Below are positions 19,165-27,228 of a DNA stretch of 64,000 bases, one piece after another. Each line of letters opens with the position of its first letter. Position 1 is the stretch's first letter. Location: positions 28,990 to 92,989 of the forward strand of contig JALOQM010000004.1 in NCBI GenBank assembly GCA_025453495.1, given 5' to 3'. The translations under genes were made by a program, and so were the position numbers. This stretch comes from Minisyncoccota bacterium (GTDB lineage: Bacteria; Patescibacteriota; Minisyncoccia; Phycocordibacterales; UBA9973). The notes under the pieces were generated by a model. It was not told the DNA's origin and made no database searches. It saw only the letters and a list, made by a program, of their open reading frames with translations.

Positions 19165-19590
19165 GTTTTGAGCCAGATAGTTGCTCTTTGATGTATATCA
19201 AAGAGAGGAAAGTCCGAACACATAACGATTCAATTCGTATAGGTAATGGGTAATTCCCATACGGAGCAATCCGCGAGGTGCGAGCAGAGACGCTTGCAAG
19301 CGAAAGTGCGCAAGCGTCCCGACTTCGGTCGGGACGAGTTCTCAAGGTAACTTGAGAGGTGAAACGGCTAAATCCTTACCCGTGTGCAAGGCCGTGTTCC
19401 CCACTACTTTAAACAGTTATATGAATACTCTATGTAGTAATGAAATAAAAATTATCGCATACGCATACTCACATAAGTTTTTAAAGTAGTGGGGAAAGTG
19501 CCGCTTGAGGCCGACGGCAACGTCGGTCCCAGATAAATGACTATCGTCTGGGTAACCAGATACAGAATTCGGCTTATAGGCTCAAAACTA
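19165..19590 (+). ncRNA. rnpB: RNase P RNA (bacterial type A-like)
   Basis: Universally conserved GGAAAGTCCGAACAC near the 5' end and ACAGAATTCGGCTTATAG near the 3' end. P1 pairing gttttgagcc (19165-19174) with ggctcaaaac (19579-19588). Contains an AT-rich extended hairpin insertion (ccccactacttta...taaagtagtgggg, about 19377-19500). Terminator hairpin at 19596-19626. Confidence 0.85.
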
Positions 19591-19595
19591 ACATG

Positions 19596-19626
19596 AAAAA
19601 GTGCTCCATAAAGAGCACTTTTTCTC
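19596..19626 (+). terminator. Rho-independent terminator after rnpB
   Basis: aaaaagtgctccataaagagcactttttctcttt seen directly. Confidence 0.6.
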
Positions 19627-19651
19627 TTTCTTACGCTGTATACAGAGCATA

Positions 19652-19680
19652 AGTGAGATTATTGACATATTACTTAGTAT
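19652..19680 (+). promoter_or_regulatory. Perfect consensus sigma-70 promoter (TTGACA, 17 nt spacer, TATAAT) upstream of the large surface-protein gene
   Basis: ttgacatattacttagtatattatataat seen directly, about 60 nt upstream of the ATG at 19740. Confidence 0.6.
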
Positions 19681-19739
19681 ATTATATAATAGCTACATTA
19701 CCTTCAAACCAGGTAATTTACTAAATTTATCTATTATTT

Positions 19740-22124
19740 ATGAGTACTATCATCAAAACATTCATGGCATCGACCTTCATCGTAGGTATGGTGCTCATGT
19801 CAGCTACACCGGCATTTGCCTATCGAGCAACCCGACGCAGTAGTTCAACAAGTACAAGTACGTCGAGCTCATCTGCTTCGAGTTCTTCCTCTTCAGTAAT
19901 CTCAACAAACTTGTCTTCTTCGGCAAGTTCAGTAACTGTAAGACCAACTTCTTCAGCGAACACAAATACAACGCTTACCTCAAACATGAGTTCGAGTTCA
20001 TTTACTGTACTCCCTGCAACAAATATCACTGCCACAGGAGTAGATCTTAGTGTGTCATATACAATTGGTCATGCGGACGCAAACGCTGGCGGCGTTGACG
20101 TCAAATTCGTCTACGACACCACTCCAAGTATCAATTACGTTTCATCACCAGCAACTGCCTTCACTCTACTTGCTTCGGGTTCTGGGGGTTCTGGAACACA
20201 CACAATGAACGTTGCGGGTCTAACTCCTAACACCACATACTATTACCGTATTCTTGGTAACGGTGCGTCAGTAAGTTATGTCGGCAATACTGTCGTTTCA
20301 TTCACTACGTTACCAGCAAACAACAGCACTGGCGCATCGACGTTTACGATCAACCCAGCAACAGCTGTCACTCAGGCGACAGCGCAGCTTAACCTAACAT
20401 ATGCTATAGCTCCGGCAGATGCATTAAATGGCGGCGTTGACGTCAAATTCGTCTACGACACCACTCCAAGTATCAATTACGTTTCATCACCAGCAACTGC
20501 CTTCACTCTACTTGCTTCGGGTTCTGGTACGACACTAGCAAACTCTGTGCAGGCACCAATTGTTTCCACGGTAACAGCAGGAAACATTGCAAATACGCAA
20601 GCACAACTAAACGGTACCTATAATGCAAATGGCACAGCAAGTACTATCTGGTTTGAATACGGTCCGACTGTCGCACTTGGCCAGTCGACTAGCATACAAA
20701 ATGTCGCTGCTAACACATCAGGCAACTTCAACAACACCATCACTGGTCTTGCTGCAAACAGTACCTACTATTTCCGTGCAGTCGGACAAAACAGCTTTGG
20801 TACAGCATATGGCACAACACTTTCGTTCACTACGACAAATACAAATTCATCTTCTTCATCAGGCGGTGGAAGTGGTGGAAGCGCAGTTGCTGATGTCTCA
20901 ACATTGAATGCAACAGCAATAACTGATAACAAAGTGACACTTGAGGGAACATTCTATTCAAATGATCTTGCAACAACAACCTGGTTTGAATTCTCTACTA
21001 ACGAGAGAGATGTTATCAACAATAATGCACGCGCTGTTGGTCGGCAAAATCAGCAAACTGTAGCGTACGGAGACTTCGACTACACTGTCGACGATCTTAC
21101 TCCGGGAACAACATATTACTTCCGTGCAGTTGCAGAAAACACACGTGGTATCTCTTACGGTACAATCAAGTCATTTACTACAGCAGGAACTTCTCTTGAG
21201 AATAGTTCTGACTTCAGTGCACTTACCTCTCTTGCAACCGGTATCAGTTTCACAAGCGCAACCTTAAACGGTATCATAAAGAATGATAGAAATGAAGCAA
21301 TACAGGGCTACTTCGAATACGGTACAAGTGCAAATTCACTTGTAAATTCAACAAATATGAAGTCACTCGGCTCAAATGAAACACTTGCAATGAGTGATGC
21401 AGTCTTTGGTCTTGCACAAGATACCTTCTACTACTTCCGAGCAGTCGCGGAAAGCTCAAATGGTATCTCTCGTGGTGACATCAGAATATTCAAAACACTC
21501 GGTGGTGTCGTCTCGACTGAGACAGGTCCAGTCACACCTGTGACAACTGTTGTGGCTTCAAATTCTGCTTTTGTAACAGTGTCTATTGAAAGCCAATCAG
21601 AAGAAGTGGCATCAGGTGATGCTATAAACTACACTGTTCGTTACAAGAACACTAGTGGTTTTGACCTTGCAAGCACAGCAATCGAAGTCACTTTCCCAAA
21701 CGAAGTAGAATTTAACAACACTTCAGATGGTCAATTTGATGCAGTGCGCAATACACTCGTCGTCAATGTCGGTACACTTCCCGCAAATGTTGAAGGTAAA
21801 ATAACGATAGATGCGACAGTGCTCTCTGGTGCAAATGTCAAAGACTTCCTCCTTACCAATGTCCTTATGAAGTACGTCAATCCTCTAACAAAAGGACAAG
21901 AAGAAGCAATTGCGTATGTCATCAACACGGTAACAAACAATAACAGAAATGCACTCGGCGCAGCATCACTCTTTGGAAACGGAAGCTTTCTCCCAAACAC
22001 TGTTATCGGGTGGCTCTTGCTCGTGCTCGTCTTGAGTGGCCTCGCCTTCCTTGGCAGATATATCTATGTCGGTCAAAGAAGAAAGGCATACATAGAAACC
22101 ACACCTGACAACCTCCCTCACTAA
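19740..22124 (+). CDS. Large cell-surface protein: signal peptide, Ser-rich region, fibronectin-type-III-like repeats, DUF11-like domain, C-terminal transmembrane anchor
   Basis: 794 aa. Signal peptide, S/T low-complexity stretch, recurring ...TTYYFRAV..N... motifs (FN3-like strand G) about every 110-115 aa, DUF11-like segment (AINYTVRYKNTSGFDL...), C-terminal hydrophobic anchor plus RRK. Contains a 98-nt perfect direct repeat (20088-20185 = 20430-20527). Terminator at 22142-22168. Confidence 0.6.
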   Translation: MSTIIKTFMASTFIVGMVLMSATPAFAYRATRRSSSTSTSTSSSSASSSSSSVISTNLSSSASSVTVRPTSSANTNTTLTSNMSSSSFTVLPATNITATGVDLSVSYTIGHADANAGGVDVKFVYDTTPSINYVSSPATAFTLLASGSGGSGTHTMNVAGLTPNTTYYYRILGNGASVSYVGNTVVSFTTLPANNSTGASTFTINPATAVTQATAQLNLTYAIAPADALNGGVDVKFVYDTTPSINYVSSPATAFTLLASGSGTTLANSVQAPIVSTVTAGNIANTQAQLNGTYNANGTASTIWFEYGPTVALGQSTSIQNVAANTSGNFNNTITGLAANSTYYFRAVGQNSFGTAYGTTLSFTTTNTNSSSSSGGGSGGSAVADVSTLNATAITDNKVTLEGTFYSNDLATTTWFEFSTNERDVINNNARAVGRQNQQTVAYGDFDYTVDDLTPGTTYYFRAVAENTRGISYGTIKSFTTAGTSLENSSDFSALTSLATGISFTSATLNGIIKNDRNEAIQGYFEYGTSANSLVNSTNMKSLGSNETLAMSDAVFGLAQDTFYYFRAVAESSNGISRGDIRIFKTLGGVVSTETGPVTPVTTVVASNSAFVTVSIESQSEEVASGDAINYTVRYKNTSGFDLASTAIEVTFPNEVEFNNTSDGQFDAVRNTLVVNVGTLPANVEGKITIDATVLSGANVKDFLLTNVLMKYVNPLTKGQEEAIAYVINTVTNNNRNALGAASLFGNGSFLPNTVIGWLLLVLVLSGLAFLGRYIYVGQRRKAYIETTPDNLPH

Positions 22125-22141
22125 TCACTATTTGCTTTACT

Positions 22142-22168
22142 AAAACGCACCCAGTAGGGTGCGTTTTA
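22142..22168 (+). terminator. Rho-independent terminator
   Basis: aaaacgcacccagtagggtgcgtttt seen directly. Confidence 0.6.
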
Positions 22169-22566
22169 GTATTCTTTAACCTAACTAACTCCTTTCGTCG
22201 TTTTTTCTAGGATTGTCTTATTATGTACTGAGTTTTTCTTTTCGCCTCCCGCTTTTTCTTGCATGCGGAGTCTGCCTAATAACTATCCTGCATGTTCAGC
22301 TGTAAAGCGAAATATACTCTTTTTGTAATTAATTACTTGTTACAGTTAGAGGCAGACAAGTCCTCGCAGCGAAGAAAGCGGAAATGCGTGAGTAATTCAT
22401 GCAAAAGCCAGAACCCTACCACTATGCACACTGCGCAAGCGAGTAGCGAGCCGTAGTAATTTTTCAGCAGAAAAATACGCGTGTGCATAGTGGTAGGGTT
22501 AAAACAAGAACACGGTATATTCAATAACTACTACATAGAAAACGATCATGAGAGTCACACGACTAT

Positions 22567-22610
22567 GTACAGATAAAAAGCACCCGAGCAGGTGCTTTTT
22601 ATCTGTACAT
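22567..22610. terminator. Bidirectional terminator, 19-bp-stem palindrome immediately 3' of nrdJ
   Basis: tgtacagataaaaagcacc-cgagca-ggtgctttttatctgtaca seen directly. Confidence 0.55.
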
Positions 22611-22614
22611 CTAT

Positions 22615-24960
22615 TTAGATTTCACACACACCAGAAACACACGCTAACTCTTTTTTGACTTCTGTCTCATCTGCACGCTCATAAGTAACAATCTTTGAGA
22701 AGTCGATATTTTTTACTCCTTTCAAAAGCTCTTCGTAACGCTTTGCATCAATCGGCTCATATGGCGCAAGTTGGTAAATATGGTTTGAACGAGGAAGGAA
22801 TGAGAGACCGCCGACAATATCCCAGTTCTCATATACCCAATTAGCAACCATGATCCACTCGTCATCACCAACAGAGATTGTTACTGATGGATTGTGTTCG
22901 GTGAAATTCGTCTTCACCACTTTCCAGTGTTCAAGTTGTTCAAGGGCGGTGATATCGTCCTTGAAGATAGCACCCTTTGGAGCTTTGACTGGAAATTCAA
23001 GTACATAGGTCGTTGCCGTATCCATTGCCTGCCCTACTTCTGGATGATATGGGATACCTTGATCTTTGAGCATTTTGAATAGTGCGTCAGTTGCTGAAAT
23101 ACGAATGCGACGAATGTAGTATTGAGCATGACGTGGATGCATGCCTGATGCTGAGTCTACAGTCTGCGAGACAGTGCCTGATGGCTTCACACAGGTGATA
23201 CAAGTTGATGCATTAATACCAAAGCGCTTTGCGTAGAGTTTGTTGACGCGAATTGCTTCTTCCTTGAGCTTTCGAAGTATTTTTGGATCACGAGCTGCTG
23301 TCGAATCCCACTGACCAGTGATAGAGACACCGAGCAATCGTTCTTCATCGCAATTCTTTTTCCATGCTTTTGAGAGGTATGGGAAATTCGTAAGTGTCGA
23401 CTGATAGGTACCAAGAATTGTGGCGATACGAACCTTTTTCATAAGTGTCTTTTCTGTATCATCGGCACGAGCAACAACTTCAGAAAGATTACAAAATTGC
23501 TTTGACTGAAGGAGGATCTCACCGCACGGATTAGTACCAATCCAACCAATACGATCATCGAGAAGATTCACGCGACGCTCAGGAAGCGTTGCCCCGAGAT
23601 TGCTACGATTAAAGATACCGCGCTCACCCGAGCCAGACTTCATAAGTGCAATCCACTCATCCATAAATTCAGTAGTTGAAGGTTTTGTATTGTATACAGC
23701 GGAGTTATTGGCAAGCATGCGCTGCCCTTCAGAATTCCAAAACTGACCTGTCTTTGCGTCACGCATTGCTTCATCATCTAGATCAGAAAGTGAGATAAGT
23801 GCACTTCTGCGGACACCACCAGCAACGACACATTCGCCAATTTTGCAGATAATGTCATGCACATCAATATTTGAGAGACGCTTACCTTGTTTGCGCAATA
23901 TTCTATCGCGTGCGAATGCAAGCACTTGGCGAAGTGGCTCAGGACCTGAACTCTTGCCTCCCATTGTCTTCAAACGTGCACCTGCTGGGCGAAGCTTAGA
24001 GAAATCAAATTCAACATCATTGCCTGCAAACCAAGTTTCCAAACCGTCAATAAGCGCGTCCGTCCACCCTTCTTTACTATCACCAACGACGTGAACTTTT
24101 GCTTTCTTACCTTTTTGTTTAGCGATCTGCGGTAGTGCCTGGACATTCTGACTCTCAACAGAAAAGCCAACCCCCGTACCACACATAGAGACATACATAA
24201 TTTCTGCGATGTCGCGAAGCGATGCAGGTGCAGTGTAAGAGCAGTTATATGCACAGACATTGGTGCGCTCAGCCGCAGGACCTGCAAACTGTACAAGTCG
24301 CATCGATGGCATAGCCTCCTGACGAAGTATTGCCTCACGTATTTCTTTATACTCAGCGGAAGTCAACTTGTTACCGAGATTCTTCTTCATGAAGTCTACA
24401 TATCTGTCGATCGTTTCAATCCACGTTTCGCGACGACCTTCGGATTCAATCCATTTTGAGTATGTACGGTAGTAGACGAGTTCTGCAAGCGGATTTCTAA
24501 AGTATTTCTTGCTTTCTGCTACCAACTTTTTGACATGCGGTGGTACTTCCCCGAATTCCTCACGCGCTTTGGTGCGTTCTTGACGATAGAGGATATAGCT
24601 CTTGGCTGTCTCTGGTAAACCCTCTTTAATAAGGGCTTTTTCTACCAAATCTTGGATAATCTCAACTGTCGGGACGAAATTGTAGTCCTGGATAGTCTTC
24701 TTAATCTCAAGTAGATCTTGGTGTGCTCGTTCAGCAACATGCTCTGGAGGCATGGCACTCTCCCCAACTACTTTCATTGCTTTGCCAATCGCTCGAGAAA
24801 TACGGTCGATATCAAATGGCACAAGACGACCGTCACGCTTTCTTACTTGGTTGATACCAGTGAAAGAATTCTTTGCCGATGTCTGTGATCGGGGTCCTGG
24901 TTTCACTGAAGACCGGGACTTTGGTGTGGGTTTTTTGCGCATAGTGAGACTATTGTACAT
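22615..24960 (-). CDS. nrdJ: Ribonucleotide reductase, class II (adenosylcobalamin-dependent, NrdJ-like) with N-terminal ATP-cone
   Basis: 781 aa. ATP-cone-like N-terminus (VRKRDGRLVPFDIDRISRAI), active-site block NPCGEI, length and motif order typical of monomeric/dimeric class II RNR. Confidence 0.85.
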   Translation of the reverse strand: MYNSLTMRKKPTPKSRSSVKPGPRSQTSAKNSFTGINQVRKRDGRLVPFDIDRISRAIGKAMKVVGESAMPPEHVAERAHQDLLEIKKTIQDYNFVPTVEIIQDLVEKALIKEGLPETAKSYILYRQERTKAREEFGEVPPHVKKLVAESKKYFRNPLAELVYYRTYSKWIESEGRRETWIETIDRYVDFMKKNLGNKLTSAEYKEIREAILRQEAMPSMRLVQFAGPAAERTNVCAYNCSYTAPASLRDIAEIMYVSMCGTGVGFSVESQNVQALPQIAKQKGKKAKVHVVGDSKEGWTDALIDGLETWFAGNDVEFDFSKLRPAGARLKTMGGKSSGPEPLRQVLAFARDRILRKQGKRLSNIDVHDIICKIGECVVAGGVRRSALISLSDLDDEAMRDAKTGQFWNSEGQRMLANNSAVYNTKPSTTEFMDEWIALMKSGSGERGIFNRSNLGATLPERRVNLLDDRIGWIGTNPCGEILLQSKQFCNLSEVVARADDTEKTLMKKVRIATILGTYQSTLTNFPYLSKAWKKNCDEERLLGVSITGQWDSTAARDPKILRKLKEEAIRVNKLYAKRFGINASTCITCVKPSGTVSQTVDSASGMHPRHAQYYIRRIRISATDALFKMLKDQGIPYHPEVGQAMDTATTYVLEFPVKAPKGAIFKDDITALEQLEHWKVVKTNFTEHNPSVTISVGDDEWIMVANWVYENWDIVGGLSFLPRSNHIYQLAPYEPIDAKRYEELLKGVKNIDFSKIVTYERADETEVKKELACVSGVCEI

Positions 24961-25068
24961 AAAAAAATTTTCAAGTGCCTAGTGTGAAAAATAAAACATA
25001 ATACAAAAAAGTGCTTGTAAACTATTTCTCAAGTCAAGACCTTTTTTCTCTAGAAAAAATGAATTTTT

Positions 25069-25536
25069 TTACCCAGAAAAAGAAACGGGGTCGCCAAGCT
25101 TGAGATTTTGTTTTTGAGAAAAGCCGGCTTTTGTCTCAAGTACATAGAGAGCATCAGTGTTTGGATAAAAAATTTTCGGATATGAATCTGGTGAAATATC
25201 TCGTTCAATATGCACAACAGTCATATCTTCCCCAATCCAAATGATATCAATCGGAAAATGCATATCTTTCATCCAAAAACCATATTTACCGGGCATGGTA
25301 AATACAAATACCATGCCAAAATCATCATGAATTTGAGCATATTTTGCAAGCCCAGTTTCTTTTTCACTCATCGTATCTACAAACTCAATTCGGAGAGTCT
25401 TACCTGCTATGTTAATAATTGACTGTGCTGTAGCTAACTCATTTTTTTGAAAATAAAGAGTTGCTACAGCAATCAATACACCAAAAAACCCAGCAAGTAA
25501 GACAATATGCACGACTTTGTTAATGTTGGTTTTCAT
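25069..25536 (-). CDS. DUF192-family protein, membrane-anchored
   Basis: 155 aa. N-terminal TM helix; conserved core (TLRIEFVDTMSEKETGL...HFPIDIIWIGEDMTVV) resembles DUF192/COG1430. Confidence 0.65.
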   Translation of the reverse strand: MKTNINKVVHIVLLAGFFGVLIAVATLYFQKNELATAQSIINIAGKTLRIEFVDTMSEKETGLAKYAQIHDDFGMVFVFTMPGKYGFWMKDMHFPIDIIWIGEDMTVVHIERDISPDSYPKIFYPNTDALYVLETKAGFSQKQNLKLGDPVSFSG

Positions 25537-27218
25537 AACGAGATTGTAAGAGTTCCATTAGTAATGCTAAGAATCCGGTTCATATACTGCAAAATTGCTG
25601 GACGATGAGTAATACATACTATAGTCTTATGTTTGGCAAAATGTTCAAAAAAGTTTTTTAGTATTCTATATTCAGTTTCTTCATCAAGTGACGATGTTGG
25701 CTCATCAAGAATAAAAATAGGAGCATTCTTACAAATTGCTCGCGCAATACCAATGCGCTGACGCTCTCCACCTGAAAGAGCATATCCTTTCTCACCAACA
25801 ACAGTATCAATCCCATCGGGAAGCGTATCAATAATTCCTTGCAATTCAGAAATACTAATTGCAGCTTCCAAAAGAGCTGGGTTAACTTTACGCATACCGG
25901 TAATGTTTTCTTTAAGAGACACATTCAAGAGTTCAGTTTCTTGAAGGACAACTGATATATTTTTTATTACAGCATCATGATTGATTGACTGGTAGTCTAC
26001 GTCTCCTATCTTAAACGAACCAGAATTAAGAGGATATAAACCAAGGAGAATCTTTACCAGTGATGATTTGCCACTGCCTGAAGATCCGATAATTCCCACC
26101 CATTCATTTTTTTTAATAGTAAAATCAAAATTCTTAAGAGCAATCTTTCCATCGGGATATGATAGGCTTCCATTCTGGATCGTAATAGAATCCCAATCTT
26201 CTGGAAATGACTGATTTCCAGAAGAGTTTTTATCTTCGTTGAAGAAAAGGGGCTTCATTTGAGACAGATCTGAACGTATCTGCACAAAGGTATTCATAGC
26301 GGTCATGCTGTCATTCGCAGCTTCTCTGAGTTTTGAAAAATATGAGTAAAATATGACTATCTGACCGATAGTCATCGCTCCAACGAGCACCTGATTCCCC
26401 GCCACAAGAAAAAATGATGCAATAGCTAAGCCATTTAATGCTTGAAATGAGTACCATTTATAGACTCCTAATCGATTTCTTGCCAATTGTGCTTCTTTTG
26501 AAGCTTCTTCACTATTTTTAATATATTCTTGAATGTTTTTTTCTGCACCGGTTGCTTTTATAGAGAGCATATTTCCTGAACTTTCAATATATTTTCCACT
26601 TGCTGTCTGATTGAGCTTATTTACTGTATCGCTTAAATACAGAAATTTTTTACTGAAACCGACTTGGAGCAATAAGAATATTCCAAGATATCCAGCAATA
26701 ACTACTAAAAACATCCAATTTGTGAATAGAAAAAATGCAATAACACCAACAAACGATACAATGATTGGAAACAACATCTGATTCACAAATGATGTCCAAT
26801 TACCGAGTGCAGCACTCCCAGTAAAAATCCGTTGTGTTTTTGCTCCGGTTGTTTCTGTTGCGTGCCATTTGAGCGAGAGGTCAGACAATTTTTCAAATCC
26901 TATTATTCTGGCACGTGTTTTTGCTATAACTCCGATCTTAGAAAGTGCATATTTGCTTCTCAAGCGTATCAGTGAAACAAGAGCATACGATATTCCAAGA
27001 AACGCAACATAGTTATAAAAAAGAGTGAGTGAATCGCCTCGAGAGTAAGTAATAAAAAAATCGACAATTTTGCCAACAATGAGTGGGGGTACAAGATCAT
27101 AGAAAAATGCAGAAAAAAGAACACCGTTAAAAAAGATGTACGCTACACGCTCTTTTTCTAGAAAATGCCAAATGACCTTTGGTAATTCGATTAGTGAAAA
27201 TGATGTAGCATTTTTCAT
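25533..27218 (-). CDS. ABC transporter, fused permease/ATP-binding protein (type I exporter, MsbA-like)
   Basis: Start at MKNATSFSLIE (ATG at 27216-27218). Six-helix TMD then Walker A GSSGSGKSS, ABC signature LSGGERQRIGIARA, Walker B ILDEPTSSLD. 4-nt ATGA overlap with the downstream gene. Confidence 0.85.
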   Translation of the reverse strand: MKNATSFSLIELPKVIWHFLEKERVAYIFFNGVLFSAFFYDLVPPLIVGKIVDFFITYSRGDSLTLFYNYVAFLGISYALVSLIRLRSKYALSKIGVIAKTRARIIGFEKLSDLSLKWHATETTGAKTQRIFTGSAALGNWTSFVNQMLFPIIVSFVGVIAFFLFTNWMFLVVIAGYLGIFLLLQVGFSKKFLYLSDTVNKLNQTASGKYIESSGNMLSIKATGAEKNIQEYIKNSEEASKEAQLARNRLGVYKWYSFQALNGLAIASFFLVAGNQVLVGAMTIGQIVIFYSYFSKLREAANDSMTAMNTFVQIRSDLSQMKPLFFNEDKNSSGNQSFPEDWDSITIQNGSLSYPDGKIALKNFDFTIKKNEWVGIIGSSGSGKSSLVKILLGLYPLNSGSFKIGDVDYQSINHDAVIKNISVVLQETELLNVSLKENITGMRKVNPALLEAAISISELQGIIDTLPDGIDTVVGEKGYALSGGERQRIGIARAICKNAPIFILDEPTSSLDEETEYRILKNFFEHFAKHKTIVCITHRPAILQYMNRILSITNGTLTISL

Positions 27219-27228
27219 TCCTAGGATG

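Noticed and set aside
19281-19294. 14-nt identity (ggtgcgagcagaga) between RNase P RNA and the loop of the hairpin element at 30017-30103
   Set aside because: At this window size a single 14-mer match is roughly what chance would give, on a rough estimate. RNase P RNA is otherwise unrelated in structure. Noted but not treated as evidence of relationship.
22140-22615. Considered a cobalamin riboswitch associated with the B12-dependent class II RNR
   Set aside because: This region is 3' of nrdJ (minus strand), not in its leader. The true nrdJ upstream region (24961-25068) is short and AT-rich, with no B12-box-like sequence visible.
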